A program made the translations under genes and the position numbers. The notes beneath the pieces are model-generated. The model saw only the letters and a program-made list of their open reading frames with translations, was not told the DNA's origin and did not search any database. DNA of 63,686 nt, counting the filler, from Cirrosporium novae-zelandiae (taxonomy: Eukaryota), in assembly GCA_026023565.1 (NCBI GenBank). It is 14 parts of 14 records of this genome, joined end to end, with 100 filler letters (N's around TTAATTAATTAA, not from the genome) between each part and the next. Parts side by side here need not be neighbours in the genome. Positions count along the whole stretch, not along the records: positions 31,925 to 63,686 come from JAPETS010000084.1; 13 more parts are not named here. The stretch is one strand, 5' to 3'. The stretch's first letter is position 1. Each line of letters starts with the position of its first letter. Positions 34,801 through 48,121 of this stretch are shown here, in pieces.

Positions 34801-37800
34801 GAACATCCGAGAAGGAGAGAGAGAGAGAGAGCGAGAGAAAGGAAAAGAAGACGAAACAAGAGATGATGCGGACTTTTTTCCTTGGGGGTTCCCTGTTTCT
34901 CCTGAAGCTCTGGTGTAACTAGTTTCCTCTTCAAGTGCTTCCATCAATCATTCCAACCCTTCTAGCGTATGTTTGATGATACCTATTCTACACCGTTTCT
35001 CGGAGAATATTCGCGTTTATTTTTTTTTCTATTTTTTTCTCTCTTTTTTCTTTTCAATTGTTTATCAATTAGTATGCAGGGACTTGTTGTGTGTGTGTGT
35101 GTGTGTGTGTGCGTGTGTGTGCGTGTGTGTGCGTGTGTGTGTGTACTGTATCTATCTATCTCTTGGTCCCACCGATGGGAACATCTTCCCCTCGGTTGGT
35201 CTCTTAGAGATCAATGCTTGTTACCAACTTCTGCATTGGAAGCATAGACGAAAATGCAAATGCAAGAAGTAAAGAAGAACAGATACACAAAGGCACACAC
35301 AGACAAAAAAGAGAAAAGAAAATAACTCTCATTGTAGAAGAAGAAAATCAAAAATCAAAAATCAAAAAAAAAAAAAAAAACAATTCCAAAGACAATGTTC
35401 AAAAAAAAGCCATTCTCCTCTCTCTCTCTTTTCTCTCTCTCTTTCTCTCCTTCTCCTTCTCTCAATTCGTTACACACATCAATCACCAATTCCACATCTC
35501 AAATCCATCCATCATCCATCCCTATCCAATCTCTCTCTTCCCCCCCTCCAAAAAAAATCTTCCCCCGAAAATCCGTTGGGCACCGCCATCTGCACCTCAC
35601 CGCCATAACACATAAATCACAACATCCGTTTCCCGATCCCGTACTCCCCGCCAAAACAAACAGTCCCGGTTCCCCCCTGGGGTCTCATCCATCCATCTAA
35701 AAATCAAGAAGGAAAGAAAAAAAAGACAAAAAGAAAGAAAATTTCTAATTTAATGCACTAAGCCACTGACCGACTGCGTCGCACCGACCGAGATCTGCTT
35801 CTGTTGGATAAATTACACACAAGCGCACACACTTTGCCCACGCTAGGTGCAAATCTGGAAGATAAAGAGAGAGAGAGGGAAGGAGAGGGGCAAAATGGAA
35901 ATAGAAATGGAGGGGTAGGGGGGTTCCGGCGGTAGGTAAGCAGGTAAGTAGATATGGATTTATGACCTACTTACCTACACTATCTGCAACCTACCTATAC
36001 CGTCTTATGGGCAACAAGCAATAGGCAACAAGAAACACAGCACGATAACACAAACCCCTGAAACCTGAAACAAACACTAGGAAGAGAGCGCCTTCAGGCG
36101 CCTACATGCATCCATTCCATCCCAATCCGGGCCGTTTCATTTTCTTCCTTCCCTTCTTTTGTCTTCCTTTTCGTATCCTTGGATCGATCTCTTTTCTCGG
36201 AAGTGTATTCTAGTTAGATAGTAACCCAATAACAACAGCAACAGCAACAGCAGCACCAAGAAGCAAACGCTGACCTCTCCTCCCTCCCCTAACTCGAGTA
36301 TCCAGGCACCTACCTACTTAATCCAACCTAACCTAACCTACCCACACCTCAAGTCCTAAGCACTCTACTCACAATACTGAACCCAACCAGCCAAGCAATT
36401 CTAGAACTTCTGACATTCTGGATCGATCGACCGATCCCCCTTGTTCCTGAATAATTGATTGAACTGGCTACACACACCCGCCCACATACACACAGAGGCA
36501 TTACACACTGAACAACGCGCACATGCACATGCACATGCACATGCACATGCGCACCTCGAAGCTGCAGGGCACCTAGACTAGCTACCATTTTTCTGGGTCC
36601 TCTGGAAGCCATGGAAGCCATGGAAGCTGGTGATGATAGATGATGGACCACTTATTTTTTTCTGACTCATACTTCTTTTTTTGCTTCAGCAAAGAATGGA
36701 TGGATAGGTGGAATAGGATGGAATAGAATCAATGGAGGGAAAGAAAAATAGATTTACGGTTGCGGATTGCGATTGCGATTGTGGTTTGTAATGCGCTTCT
36801 CCCTCTCACGCGCTATTTGCTATTGCTATTGCTATTTCTATTACTACCATTACCGCTACTGCTACCGCTACCGCTACCACTTCCGTACCCGTGTTGTGTC
36901 ATGTTCTATGGTGTTCCATCGTGTCTCTTGCCCCTCCTATCTGGCTCTCCCTCTCCCTTCACCCCCTTTTTGCCAATGTTCTAGTAAATTTGTGTCTTGA
37001 GGGGGGGAAATGAAGGGGCCAAACCAAATATAACCTCCAATTGAACTAAAAGAAGACTCTAGTTTACGGATCATTTCGTTACCGTTACTTCTCATTGTCA
37101 TTGCCATTACTATTATCACTCCTACTACTATAGCGATCTTAGATCGCCATGATGATTATAATAATGATGATGAGGGTGTGTATACTCCATCCCATACAAG
37201 CAGGAAAGAAGAACAAGAACAAGAACAAGAAGCGGTATGAATCAAACAGCGCAAACCAAGCAAGCAGCGCAAAACCAAACCAGACCAAGCAAAAAGGTGG
37301 ATAAAGAATCTCAACAATCCTAACAATCATAAGATACCTACCTAGGTAGATAGCCCCAGACAGCAAAAAGAGAAAAATCAGATGAGCTTGTTTTTTGTTT
37401 GTCCGCTCGTCCGTCCATTCTGGGAGTGGTCACGATGAGAAATGATGATGCTAATGATGACGACGTGGCACTCACTCACTCAACCTCCCTGCCCTTACCT
37501 TATTCTTTCCTTTCTTTCCCCTACATATACCCTGCATAGCTAGGTGGCCGGGTGGGTACATGTGGCAAGGACAGATAGGGCAGGGAGAGGGGGGGGATAG
37601 GAATGAGAATGGGAGTAGGGGTAGGGGTAGGAGTAAGAGTAGAAGTAAGAGTAGGAGTAGGGGTAGGAATTGGGGACAGGAACAGAAGTGGGATGGGATG
37701 GGATGAGATGGATTAGGGGTAGATGACTATTCCATTCTTCTTCTATTCTTCTATTGTTCCTTCGTTTCTTCACCGTCTACACATCCCTTCAACCTCCTCA

Positions 37801-40800
37801 ACCTCCTCAACTCAAACATCCCAATCCAATTCAATTACAATCCAACCAGACCCTTCATATACCCCTCCCCTTTCCTTCCTTCCAACCAGCCCATTCTGCT
37901 CCCCCCCCCCTTCTTTTTCTTTTTCTTTTTGGGTCTTAGGGAAAGAGGGAGAGGGATGGAACGGGATAGGACACATTAATTTCAAGAACAAAGCTAAACA
38001 AAGCTGAACAAAACTGAAGAAATAATAAATAATAATCAAACATAATTAATAAATAGGAAGAGAGCAAGAGTAAGAGCAAGAAGGTCGGAAGAGGTAGGGT
38101 AAGGAGAGAGGTGGACAGATGAGGAAAACTCAAACCCGAACCAACTTACCTACGGTACCTACCCAAGATTGATGGACTGATTATACTTAGATAACAGGCA
38201 ACTGGAATTATGGTATGTTATACTTCGGTATGGAATGGCGCAGCACGATCAAAAATAGCTACATAATCATCCAGGCACCTCAACCCCCCCCCCCCAAAGG
38301 ACAGAAAGAACCAAGAACTAAGAGAAAAAAAAGGAGGAAGGCTGTGTGCATGTGTAAATAATTAATTAATTAATCGTAGATAGCTCTAGGTATAGGTAGG
38401 AATGAATGGATAGATAGATTGATTGATTGATTAGATACCTGAGGACTTGAGATTGGGGTAATTTAGATGGATAGATAAATCCATCTCACCTACTTTTCCA
38501 CTTTCTACTTTCTACCCTTCTACCTTTCCATTTTTCTACCTTTTCAATTCCTTTCCAGTCCTTTCCGATCCCCCTCTAACTAGGTACCTAAGTAATTACC
38601 TTCCTAGCTACTTTTCTATTCTTTCTTTCGCTCAGCCTCAGCCTCTTAATCTCAGCCTCAGCTTCACCTCTACTCTACTCACCTCTCTTTTACATGGACC
38701 AATCAGCAACCACCCAGAAACGCAAAGAAACGATCAATTGAAACAAGGGCCCAAAATCCTGAAACATGAAACTTGAAACCCCGCTGCTTATAAAATGGAA
38801 ATGGAAATAAAAATAGAGTAGGTAAAGGCTGCGGCTGAGGTTGAGGTAGGTAGTTGGGAGGGTTTTAATTCTATCCCATCCCATTCTATCCACTTACCTG
38901 GGCTTAGTTACTTACTTACGTACTCAGGTACTTACTAACGGACAATAGGAGAGAGGGATTAGAGAGAGAGAGAGAGAGGGAGGGAAAGAGAGGGAAGATA
39001 GACCTTCCATTACCATTACACATCTAATATTATACTCTATTTACCTAGGTACCTAGGCATCTACCTACCTAGGGCAGGCCTTAATCGAATAACACACATC
39101 CATAAACCACCAAATCCAAATCCAATCCTCCCTTCCCCAAAAGCTCAAAGGAGGTTTCGTTTCGTTTCATTTTCGCCACTCTATCCATGATCGATCGATC
39201 CATTAATCGGAGGGGGGGGTCGGTTTCTCTTCTCTCATCTCTGCTATCCTTTTTCCCACTCACTCACCGCCTCTTTCGATGGGATCGAATGGGGGGGATT
39301 GAATAGGGTAGTGGATATGGATGGGGTAATGGGTCCGTTGGGGATATGTTAGTTAGGGTAGGTTAGGTTGAATGAGTGAGTGAGTGGATGAGTCCCTTTC
39401 TTGTCTCCTTTTTTTGTCTTTGTCTTTGTTTGGCTTGTCAGGCATCTGACATGTCCTGTTTGGTATGTCTGCACTCCCCTCCTGCACTCCTTCTATCAAT
39501 CCATCCATTCTCCATCTCTCCCCCTTTCCTTCCCAACTTCGGCTTCAATTTCAACTCCATCCCTCAACTCTCAAACCTCAAAATCTCAAATCTGTTATCT
39601 TACTTACCCACTCACTTACTTGGTATTCATCCATCCACCCATTGGGGAAAAAGTCTTTCGGTGAATAGGGATTAAAGGAATCATGTCATGCTGGATGGAT
39701 GAGTGGATGAGTGGGTAGGTAGGTGGGAAAGTAGGTAGAGGATAGTAGGGTGGTTACTTACTTACTCTATGATATATATGTGTAGGTATCTTGCTGGGCG
39801 GTGAGAGATTAGGGTTTGGGATGAATGAATGATGGGGATCTAGGGAATGAGGAATGAGGAAAGGGAAAGGCAATGCTTGTCATTGTTTACCCTATCTATC
39901 TCTCTACCTATCAACTTAGGAGTTGTAGGTAGGAAGAGAGAGAGGTCAGAACCAGATGCACGAAGAAGAATAAAAATAGGAAAACAAAATGGAAGAAAAG
40001 GGCACAAGACCAGAAAGTGTTAGAACCCTCGTATGTATGTCTCTAAAACAACCACACAACCATCTTGACTTCCAAATGCAATACAACAAACAGAGACAGA
40101 AAGAACCCCAGTTCAAAAACATTGTAAAACATGTATATGTTTGTATGTTCGTTCGTTCGTTCATGCTTGCTCACTTTAATTCATTCTCCTCTCAGAAATT
40201 CTAATTTAGGAAGGGGGCTTAAACTAATTTTTTTAATCTTTAACTGTGTGTCTCGTCTCTGTCTCTGTCGTTCATTCCTTGTGTTCGTTGTTTGTTGTTC
40301 ATTTATGTGTGTTCACTTTCAAATAAAAATCAAAACCAAACTACCGAAAAAAGAAAAGAGAAACCCGCCCTTTTTTCCATCATCATCATCATCATCATCG
40401 ATCCCTATATATATATGTGTGTGTGTGCGTTTGTCTTGTCTTGTCTGTCTCTTCTTGGTTGAGAGATAGAAAAAAATGGGGAAAAAAAGTAACAAGGAGG
40501 AGTGAGTAGGAGGTTTCAATCTTGTCTTGTCTTTTTTGCTCTTTGTATTTCTTTTTGTTCTTGTTTTCTTCTTTTCTTGTTTCTTCTTATCATGAAAATG
40601 ATTATGATGATGATTGATGGAATGCCTTGATCGTGATGTTAGGAGAGAGAGAGACGATTAAAACAATTGGAAAAAAGGGGGTTCTTTTCTTCTTTTTTTC
40701 TTTTTGGATTGGTTGGTGGTCGGCAAGGGCAATCTACAAGGTTTTCGCCAATGCAGGGAAAGCACAAATAACGAAAATTTGGAGAGAGAAAAAGTGAACG

Positions 40801-40850
40801 CCTGAAAATTCGACCTCAATTTCCCTTTCTCCTTTGATGTGAAAGCTCGC

Positions 40851-42703
40851 TTATAATGCCGAGAAGACAAATAACTAGTCACATCATGTTAGCTTTTTGG
40901 TTATTCTAGGTTCGGGAGGGTTTGACTTGCGTTGTTTGTCGCAGCGATGGCTATGCTATCCTCAAATGGATGCCAGCTCATATGAAGAATCTTCTTATTG
41001 AAATCAATCTGATCGGCATCCGTTTCCTTCCTCATCCGCGCTCCCTGACCCTGTGCCGCAGGACTTCCTGCCCTTGATCCGCCCTTCTTGCTGTTTGTGG
41101 GACTTGTAGAGTTGATGGGTGTTGGTACTCCGACCTTCTTTGCCTTGAAAGCCGATTTATCAGCTTGCAGAACCACTTCTGTTTCCTTCTCGGGGTCTGA
41201 TGGATAGATCATGAAATTGTTATTGTAACTTCCAGTCATGACATTCTTGGCATCACCGGAAAAGACCACTTCAAATTTATCAAAGATGCTGTCATTCTCA
41301 TAGGTATCGCAAAGCCGGGGTCTCAGATGCTCGTGGATGGGGATAGTCTTGACGGGGGTCCTTTCCATATTAACATCCCAGATCTTGACAGTAAGATAAT
41401 CTCGAGAGAGTATGTAGCGACCATCGTAGGAAAACCTGACGTCGGAAATGGAAGATATAATCTCAGAGAAAAAGGATCGTGAGGATGGATCTTCCTCCTG
41501 CTCGAATTCTAGAAAAGAAATTAGCTTTACCAACAACAGCTTCTACAGATACTTACGTTTTGCATGTACATCACACAGAGCACTCTCTCTCATATCTGCC
41601 AACTTAATAGTTCCCTTGGAGCTTGCGTACATAAACCAATTGCAACTGATGGGATGAAATTCGGCGGCGGTAATTACCTCAGTCAATTCTTCCATATTTG
41701 CCGGCTTGATGTCGACGATATTAAAACTTTGATCTTGTATGTTCAAGTTCCAAAGATTTATCCGCAGGTCATCACTACTGATGAAGGTCTCTCCATCACT
41801 GTTTACAGAAATGCTATTGATGTGATAGGCATGAGCATTGGCATACGTTCGGCGAGGCACAGCTGCAGTAACAGTATCATGGTGGGTTAGTCGAGGTAGC
41901 TTTAGATCAGTGCCAGCCTTGAAATGCATAGGCGGTCGAGGTGCACCACCCCCTCCGACAGCACCCCCAGGAGTAAGATCTAGTGAGAGATTGTTCTCCG
42001 CCACCACCCTCAATGTCTTTTCGAAAACTTTCCATAACTTTATTGTTTTATCGTTGGTCGAAAGAAGGTAGTGAGAAGCGTTTTGCCGCCGGCACCATTT
42101 GATCTTGTTGATCTTCTCTTCAATCTCTAAGGATTTCAGGTAATCGAACTCCGGTTCATGCGATTGGAACTCGGTGTGGAATTTGTACTCGCAGGTTTTT
42201 TTCTGGTTCTCTTATCAGCAAAAGCTTCTCCCGCGCCTAGGCAGAGTGAAGGCCTTACTGATTCATTCCGCTCAAAGAGAACCACTCGCCCTCCCTTATC
42301 CCCGGTCGCGAGATAGTTTCCCGTGTGATCAAACTCGACAGTTGAAATGATATCAGCTTTGGTTAAATAGTCAGCTCATGCCCTATGATGACGCATATCA
42401 CCAAATGCTTTATCTAAATAGTTGTAGGATTATTTGTCAGCGTACCTTCTGTGATATCCTCTACATCTCCTTTATCGCCGAAGCATCTAGGAAGAAAAGT
42501 TAGTAGGGGTTTATCGGCAGTCAAATCGGGGTAGGTCGCAATATTTGCGGGGTATAGCGAGTGTCGCTCTCTAGCACATCCCACATTCATTTCGAGGGGT
42601 TTAGCGATGAGTCGCTGTGTTGTGATAAACTATGAACCATCGGGAAAACATCAACTCACTGTGTGAACTTCCATGTTGGAGTGTTCTCTGCTCCCTCCAC
42701 CAT
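40851..42703 (-). CDS. CDC55: Protein phosphatase 2A regulatory subunit B55 (multi-exon)
   Basis: [96 protein letters not shown]. Confidence 0.97.
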
Positions 42704-44876
42704 CTTTCCTAACCCCAACAATTATTTGTCTGGTCCCCGAGCCTTGCAGTTCCCAAAAGGCCGCTCTGTACAACAAGCGGGGCACGCTTTCCGTAGACCG
42801 CTTATGAAGGCTTGAGACTCTTCCGAAGTATATCTGTAGGAAGAATAGATGTTGGATGAGCTTGATATTTGAAGCTCCGATCTTAAAAGGACGTGTGGGC
42901 TGACGTCTAAAGCGCGTAGATATCTTCAAGTCAGCGAACGGTGTGATAGACTCGGGTAGTGTTGTGGTGGGAGAGGCAATTTACCTCTAAATAGCCGATT
43001 ATAGAATGTTGTTGAGGCGGGATGGAGTTGGGAAGTCTTTCTGTTGAAGATCTGGGTTATTTGTGGTTGGTGTTTGGTCTGTGGTCGTTTTCGCTTTGAG
43101 GAAGCTGTTCTTGTTCCTGGTCCTCAACGTCACCCAAAGTAGGGCGACACAGGCGATTACAGAAGAACAACGCCAAGACTAAATTTATTCTTTGATACTA
43201 TTCAAGTAATCCAAAAAACCCTTCCAGAGACTTTTGAGGCTGACTTATAAATATTAATATTTCTTATAGATAAGAGTGTCACAGAGGTGAATGCAAATAC
43301 TGAGTTGGTTCCCTTGGTTCTACGGATCCAGTTCAGAGGAAGAAGAGAGAAAGCACGTGCAGTGATTTGCTGCCTTATCCTCAAATCCCGATGAATCAAC
43401 GTCTTCGTCTTACTCTTGAAACAAGGACCAACCCCCAAGCCGTGAATATGCAGATAATGATGTGGCTATCTCACACAGAACCAAGTAATGAATCAAGGGA
43501 AACCATGAAGTCTTCCAGCGCGCGCAACTTGGATCCGCACAAACCCCCTCCACGATCGCACATATGAAAATTTCATCTACTTTTTTATTCTAGTTTCCGA
43601 ATTCCAACCAAGGTCCTTCCCCGTTGCCTTGCAAACTTCGATTGGTATATTGGGGCTGCCTTGCATGGCGAATGAAGATGGGACTTGGGATCCTGAGTTT
43701 AATTATCAAAATGGATAGAAAATTGGACATAATATCAACAAACCTTAAAGAAACGTGATGGTAGTGTGGGGTAAGGGAAATAAACAAGAGCAGGATCAAG
43801 AATTGACCAGGCTGTGCGCAGATTAACCGTCAGTTTGTCATTCCTTCGACATGGCTGAATATTAGCAAGGAGAAGTCTGAAGGTGGCCAACAATCCCACC
43901 GCTTTTATTACTCCTTTCAATAAGACATGCCCTTCCCTAGAGACAGACCTTTCGATACTGTCCTCGCCCTGTTAACGTCCCTTGAACGGCCGACTAATAT
44001 TCCCCTACTGCATGCAAAAAATGGAAATGATACTTGAGATGCAGGGACTACCGATAGGGACCAATGGCCTTACTTGTGTTGGAGCACAGTGTCCTCTATA
44101 ACTTGACCTATAAATGGTATTCGGGTTTGTCGAGAGGTGTTACGCATACAAATGGTCTATGGAGCAAGGCTAGGTGACGATGAATGATACTACTTGGGGT
44201 GTAATTCAAGAAGTCCCTGACTTGTATTACTTGGTAGAACTTTGCTTTGTGACGATAGAGCATTCTATCGGAATGTCTTGCATAGCCTTGACCAGGCTTT
44301 TGTTCCATTTTCCGATGCAGCTGCTGTGAAGATTCATGGTTCATTGCATTTTTCAATGCATTAGTAACAGGGCATATAAATTGATGATGCATGGCTTGCG
44401 AGATCGGCCGGAGTGTAGAGATCAATGTAGAGATCTCTTGGCCTCTCAGTTTAATTACTCAAAGTGGTCCGAGGCCGAAATTTCCTTATCTATGCTTTAT
44501 TATCGAGCTTATTATTTTTCTTGACCTACGGATATCAGATAAGTTTCTAGTAATTGTCATATTATCGACCTTGTGGTTGTTCCTACTTGTGGCAGGTCAA
44601 TTATTGAATTTGTCGGGTTTGGTCTGCCGATCGGAATGTTTTCCCCATGCGATACCAAAGTACCTGGATCCATCAATATCAGTACCTGATCTACATGAAA
44701 TAAATCTCCCAAGGTCCAATTCTTATCGCAACCGGACATCTACCACATTCCATGATCTTACGATAGGCATTTCGGAGGCACTATCAGGTCTCCATATAAG
44801 AAATCAGTCTGCAATTCCAATATGATGGTGCTATTCAGGAATCGGAGCTCAGTTCTCGAGCCTGCATTTGAGCATC

Positions 44877-47167
44877 ATGTGTATCTTTTTTCGTCCTGGC
44901 AATGTGCTTTCTATCACAATTGCTTTATTTCATTTCTGCTCTCTTGGCATAGCATCATTGGTTTCTACAGGTCGAACGGTGACTCTCAATGGCATTCCCT
45001 ACTATATTCCCCCAAATGCAGTTACAAAGCTATCGTCTCAACTCGACGGCCTCTCCAGTGAAGTTGATCTGGTTCCAGTGACTGTGATCAAGACAACATC
45101 ATTAACTTTCACCACTGAGCTTTACGAAAAAGCAATTGCTGGCTATACGGAAGATGATGATGTTTTTCAAGTCGGATTCCTAGAAGGTCTGCCATATCTA
45201 CGATCCTAAGATTTTGTGACCCTCTCTAATTATGTTTAGCTGTTTATGTCAAATATACTGGACGCCTGCCCTCGACAAAACGAACCCCCTTCCAGATTTC
45301 TGTCAACTCCTCCGCCAAGGCCAGCTATGGAAGTACATCAGTAACACAAATCACAGAAAGCATCGCTCCAGGACCTTATTTCCTATCGACGTCGACTGGA
45401 TCCCTCTACCAGGCCTACCGACTCTACTCGGACGTTCAAGCTGCTTTCACTGAAGGGTTGATTGCTATATCCAATGGTTCCTACACCGTCCTTCCAGCAG
45501 CTATTCCTGGTATCCAGTCCCCAACAATCGGCGTTCCGAGTCGGCTCTACTATCCCAAATCGAACGCGCTTCCTTTGAATGGGGTTCGCTTAGGTGTGAA
45601 GGTACATATATTTCTTCCCAGCTATCTAGAATACAGCCCCAAAACTAACCTACGTGAAAGGATATATACGACATTGCCGGCGTTCGAACGGGTTGCGGAA
45701 ACCGCGCGTACTACAGCCTGTATCCCGAAAAGAATTCTTCTGCAGTTGCAGTGCAAAAGCTGATAGACGCTGGAGCCATAATTGTTGGAAAAATGAAAAC
45801 CAGTCAATTTGCCAATGGTGAAACCCCAACGGCCGACTGGGTGGATTACCATGCACCATTCAATGCTAGAGGGGATGGCTACCAGAACCCATCTTCTTCG
45901 TCCACCGGTCCTGGCGCAGGTGCTGGGTCGTATTCTTGGCTAGATTTGACGCTTGGTTCAGACACTGGGGGCAGCATTCGAGGGCCTTCGCAGCAAAATG
46001 GTCTCTTTGGAAACCGTCCCTCGTGGGATATGGTCTCTCTCGACGGGGTCATGTCCCTTGCACCAGAGCTAGATACCGCCGGGTTCCTATGCCGAGATCC
46101 CGAATTATGGAAAACGGCTGCAGAGGTACTGTACAGTGGAAGCTCGCTCAAATTCAACTTTACCACGTTTCCAAAAAATATCTATACGTATGACTTCCCG
46201 ACATCTGCAGACAGTGAGGCCGATTCAATCATCATCAACTTCCTAGAAAAACTGAAGGCCATAATGGGAGCGAACGTATCTTCCTTAGATTACGACGCCC
46301 TCTGGAATGCGTCGAAGCCAGCATCCGCGCCATCAACCCTAGACGGCCTCCTAAATCTCACATACACAATGCTCATCGGAAAAGAGCAAATAAAACTCGT
46401 CCGAGATCCTTTCTATGAAGCTTATGCCGAGAAGCACGACGGACGCCTTCCATTCGTCAATCCGGCCCCACTAGTCAGGTAAGTGAAAAAAGTAGCTTGA
46501 CGCTATTCAATCTCTCATAACATCATCATGGGCCCTGCTAATCACAAGAGCACACACACAGATGGAACTTCACTGAATCTTACCCGGACTCTGCCCTCGA
46601 CGAAGCCGTCACCAACAAAACTATATTCAAGAATTGGTGGAACACAAAAGTATTCAGCAACGACAGCATGACATGTTCAGATAGCTTGATGTTATATGTC
46701 GGCAGCGACGGTGACACCAGCTATCGGAACGAGTATATAGAGTCAGTCCTCCCCCCCTCCCCCCCTACCAATCCTTTACTAGCAATCCAAATTCAAATCC
46801 AAACTAACATACATCTCTACCACCCCTCAGTGCCCCCACAATCCCAACAGGTTTCTCTATCTCCCGCGTCTCCAACTTTGCCGAAGTTCCTGATTTCGTT
46901 GTTCCTAGTAAGCTCTTCCCTCCCCCCCCCTTCCTCCCTCCCTTCCCCACTCACTAACCCCACCCACCCCACACAGTCGGCGAAACAACCTACACCTCAA
47001 CAATAACCTCCCACAACGAAACCCTCCCCATAACAATCAACTTCGTAGCGGCGAAAGGATGCGACGGGATGATATTTTCGCTGGTGCAGAAGATGGTGAA
47101 GGAGGGGTTGGTTATGGAGGTTGGGGTTGGGACGCATTTGTATGGGGATAATGAGATTTTGATGTAG
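44877..47167 (+). CDS. Secreted amidase-signature protein (GatA-like), multi-exon
   Basis: Hydrophobic N-terminus, [61 protein letters not shown]. Confidence 0.9.
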
Positions 47168-48121
47168 TTATGATGATGATGATTGTGAATATTATTATTA
47201 TTATGTCGTATTATTTACTAGCTATGAGCTTATGGTAATATAAAATCATATGGGGATGCCGTTGACCATGATGAATTTTAATTATGCTGCTATTGGAGTA
47301 GGTCTCTAGATTCATCATATAGATATAGATCCCAATTGTTGTCGAATACTTCACCCAAACCACTCGACCAACTACCTGCCTACCAAAGTTGCCATCCATA
47401 CTTTCTATTTCCACCACCCTCTCTCCAATTATTTACAGAATACACACATTTAATTCAATTTTATTTATTAATTAATTAACGAAAGTTCATCGTAATCATA
47501 CAGAAACAGCTCGATCCATCTTTCTGGAGAGCAGGTATCACAGACCCAAAAACACCGAGCGCTAGCCAAACCCACAAATGCAATGCCCCAGTTTTAATAG
47601 TGTACAGGTCCAATTTCGCAAAACAAAACTCCAACCTCTATTGAATCACAATGCACCATTGCTTTTTTTCGTCGTTGCCAATTTCATGAACCCATCCTGA
47701 GCGACCCTTTCCCAAAGCAAAACCACCAGATATGCCATTTCCAAAAACCACAAAACTCCATGTCTGACCCAATCAATCTGTGCTTTTCCACCATTGTCTG
47801 TCAAGCTCCGCCGCCTAAACAGTTCTACGAAGCAGCAAACCCTTTCAGGTGGCAAGCTTATCAAAAGACCAGCCCGTCCAAAAAACATACTCTACCAGAG
47901 AGTAGCCCTAAGGAAAAACCATGCTTTTAGAAAAACAAGCCCTCCCTCCGAGGTGGCCCTTCCATGCAAAAAACAAAACAAAGTCCAACCTTCAAGTAGG
48001 AATCCATTTCGAAAAGCGAGCCCGTTAAAAAAACAATCCCTCACAGAGAGATGGCCCTTAAAAAAAGCGAGGTATTTCGAACAAGAGGAAACGAGCTGAA
48101 AGTGCATAGCCGACCTTGTGT

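Noticed and set aside
30891..40882. Many short ORFs in AT-rich and microsatellite DNA
   Set aside because: Low-complexity translations without domains.
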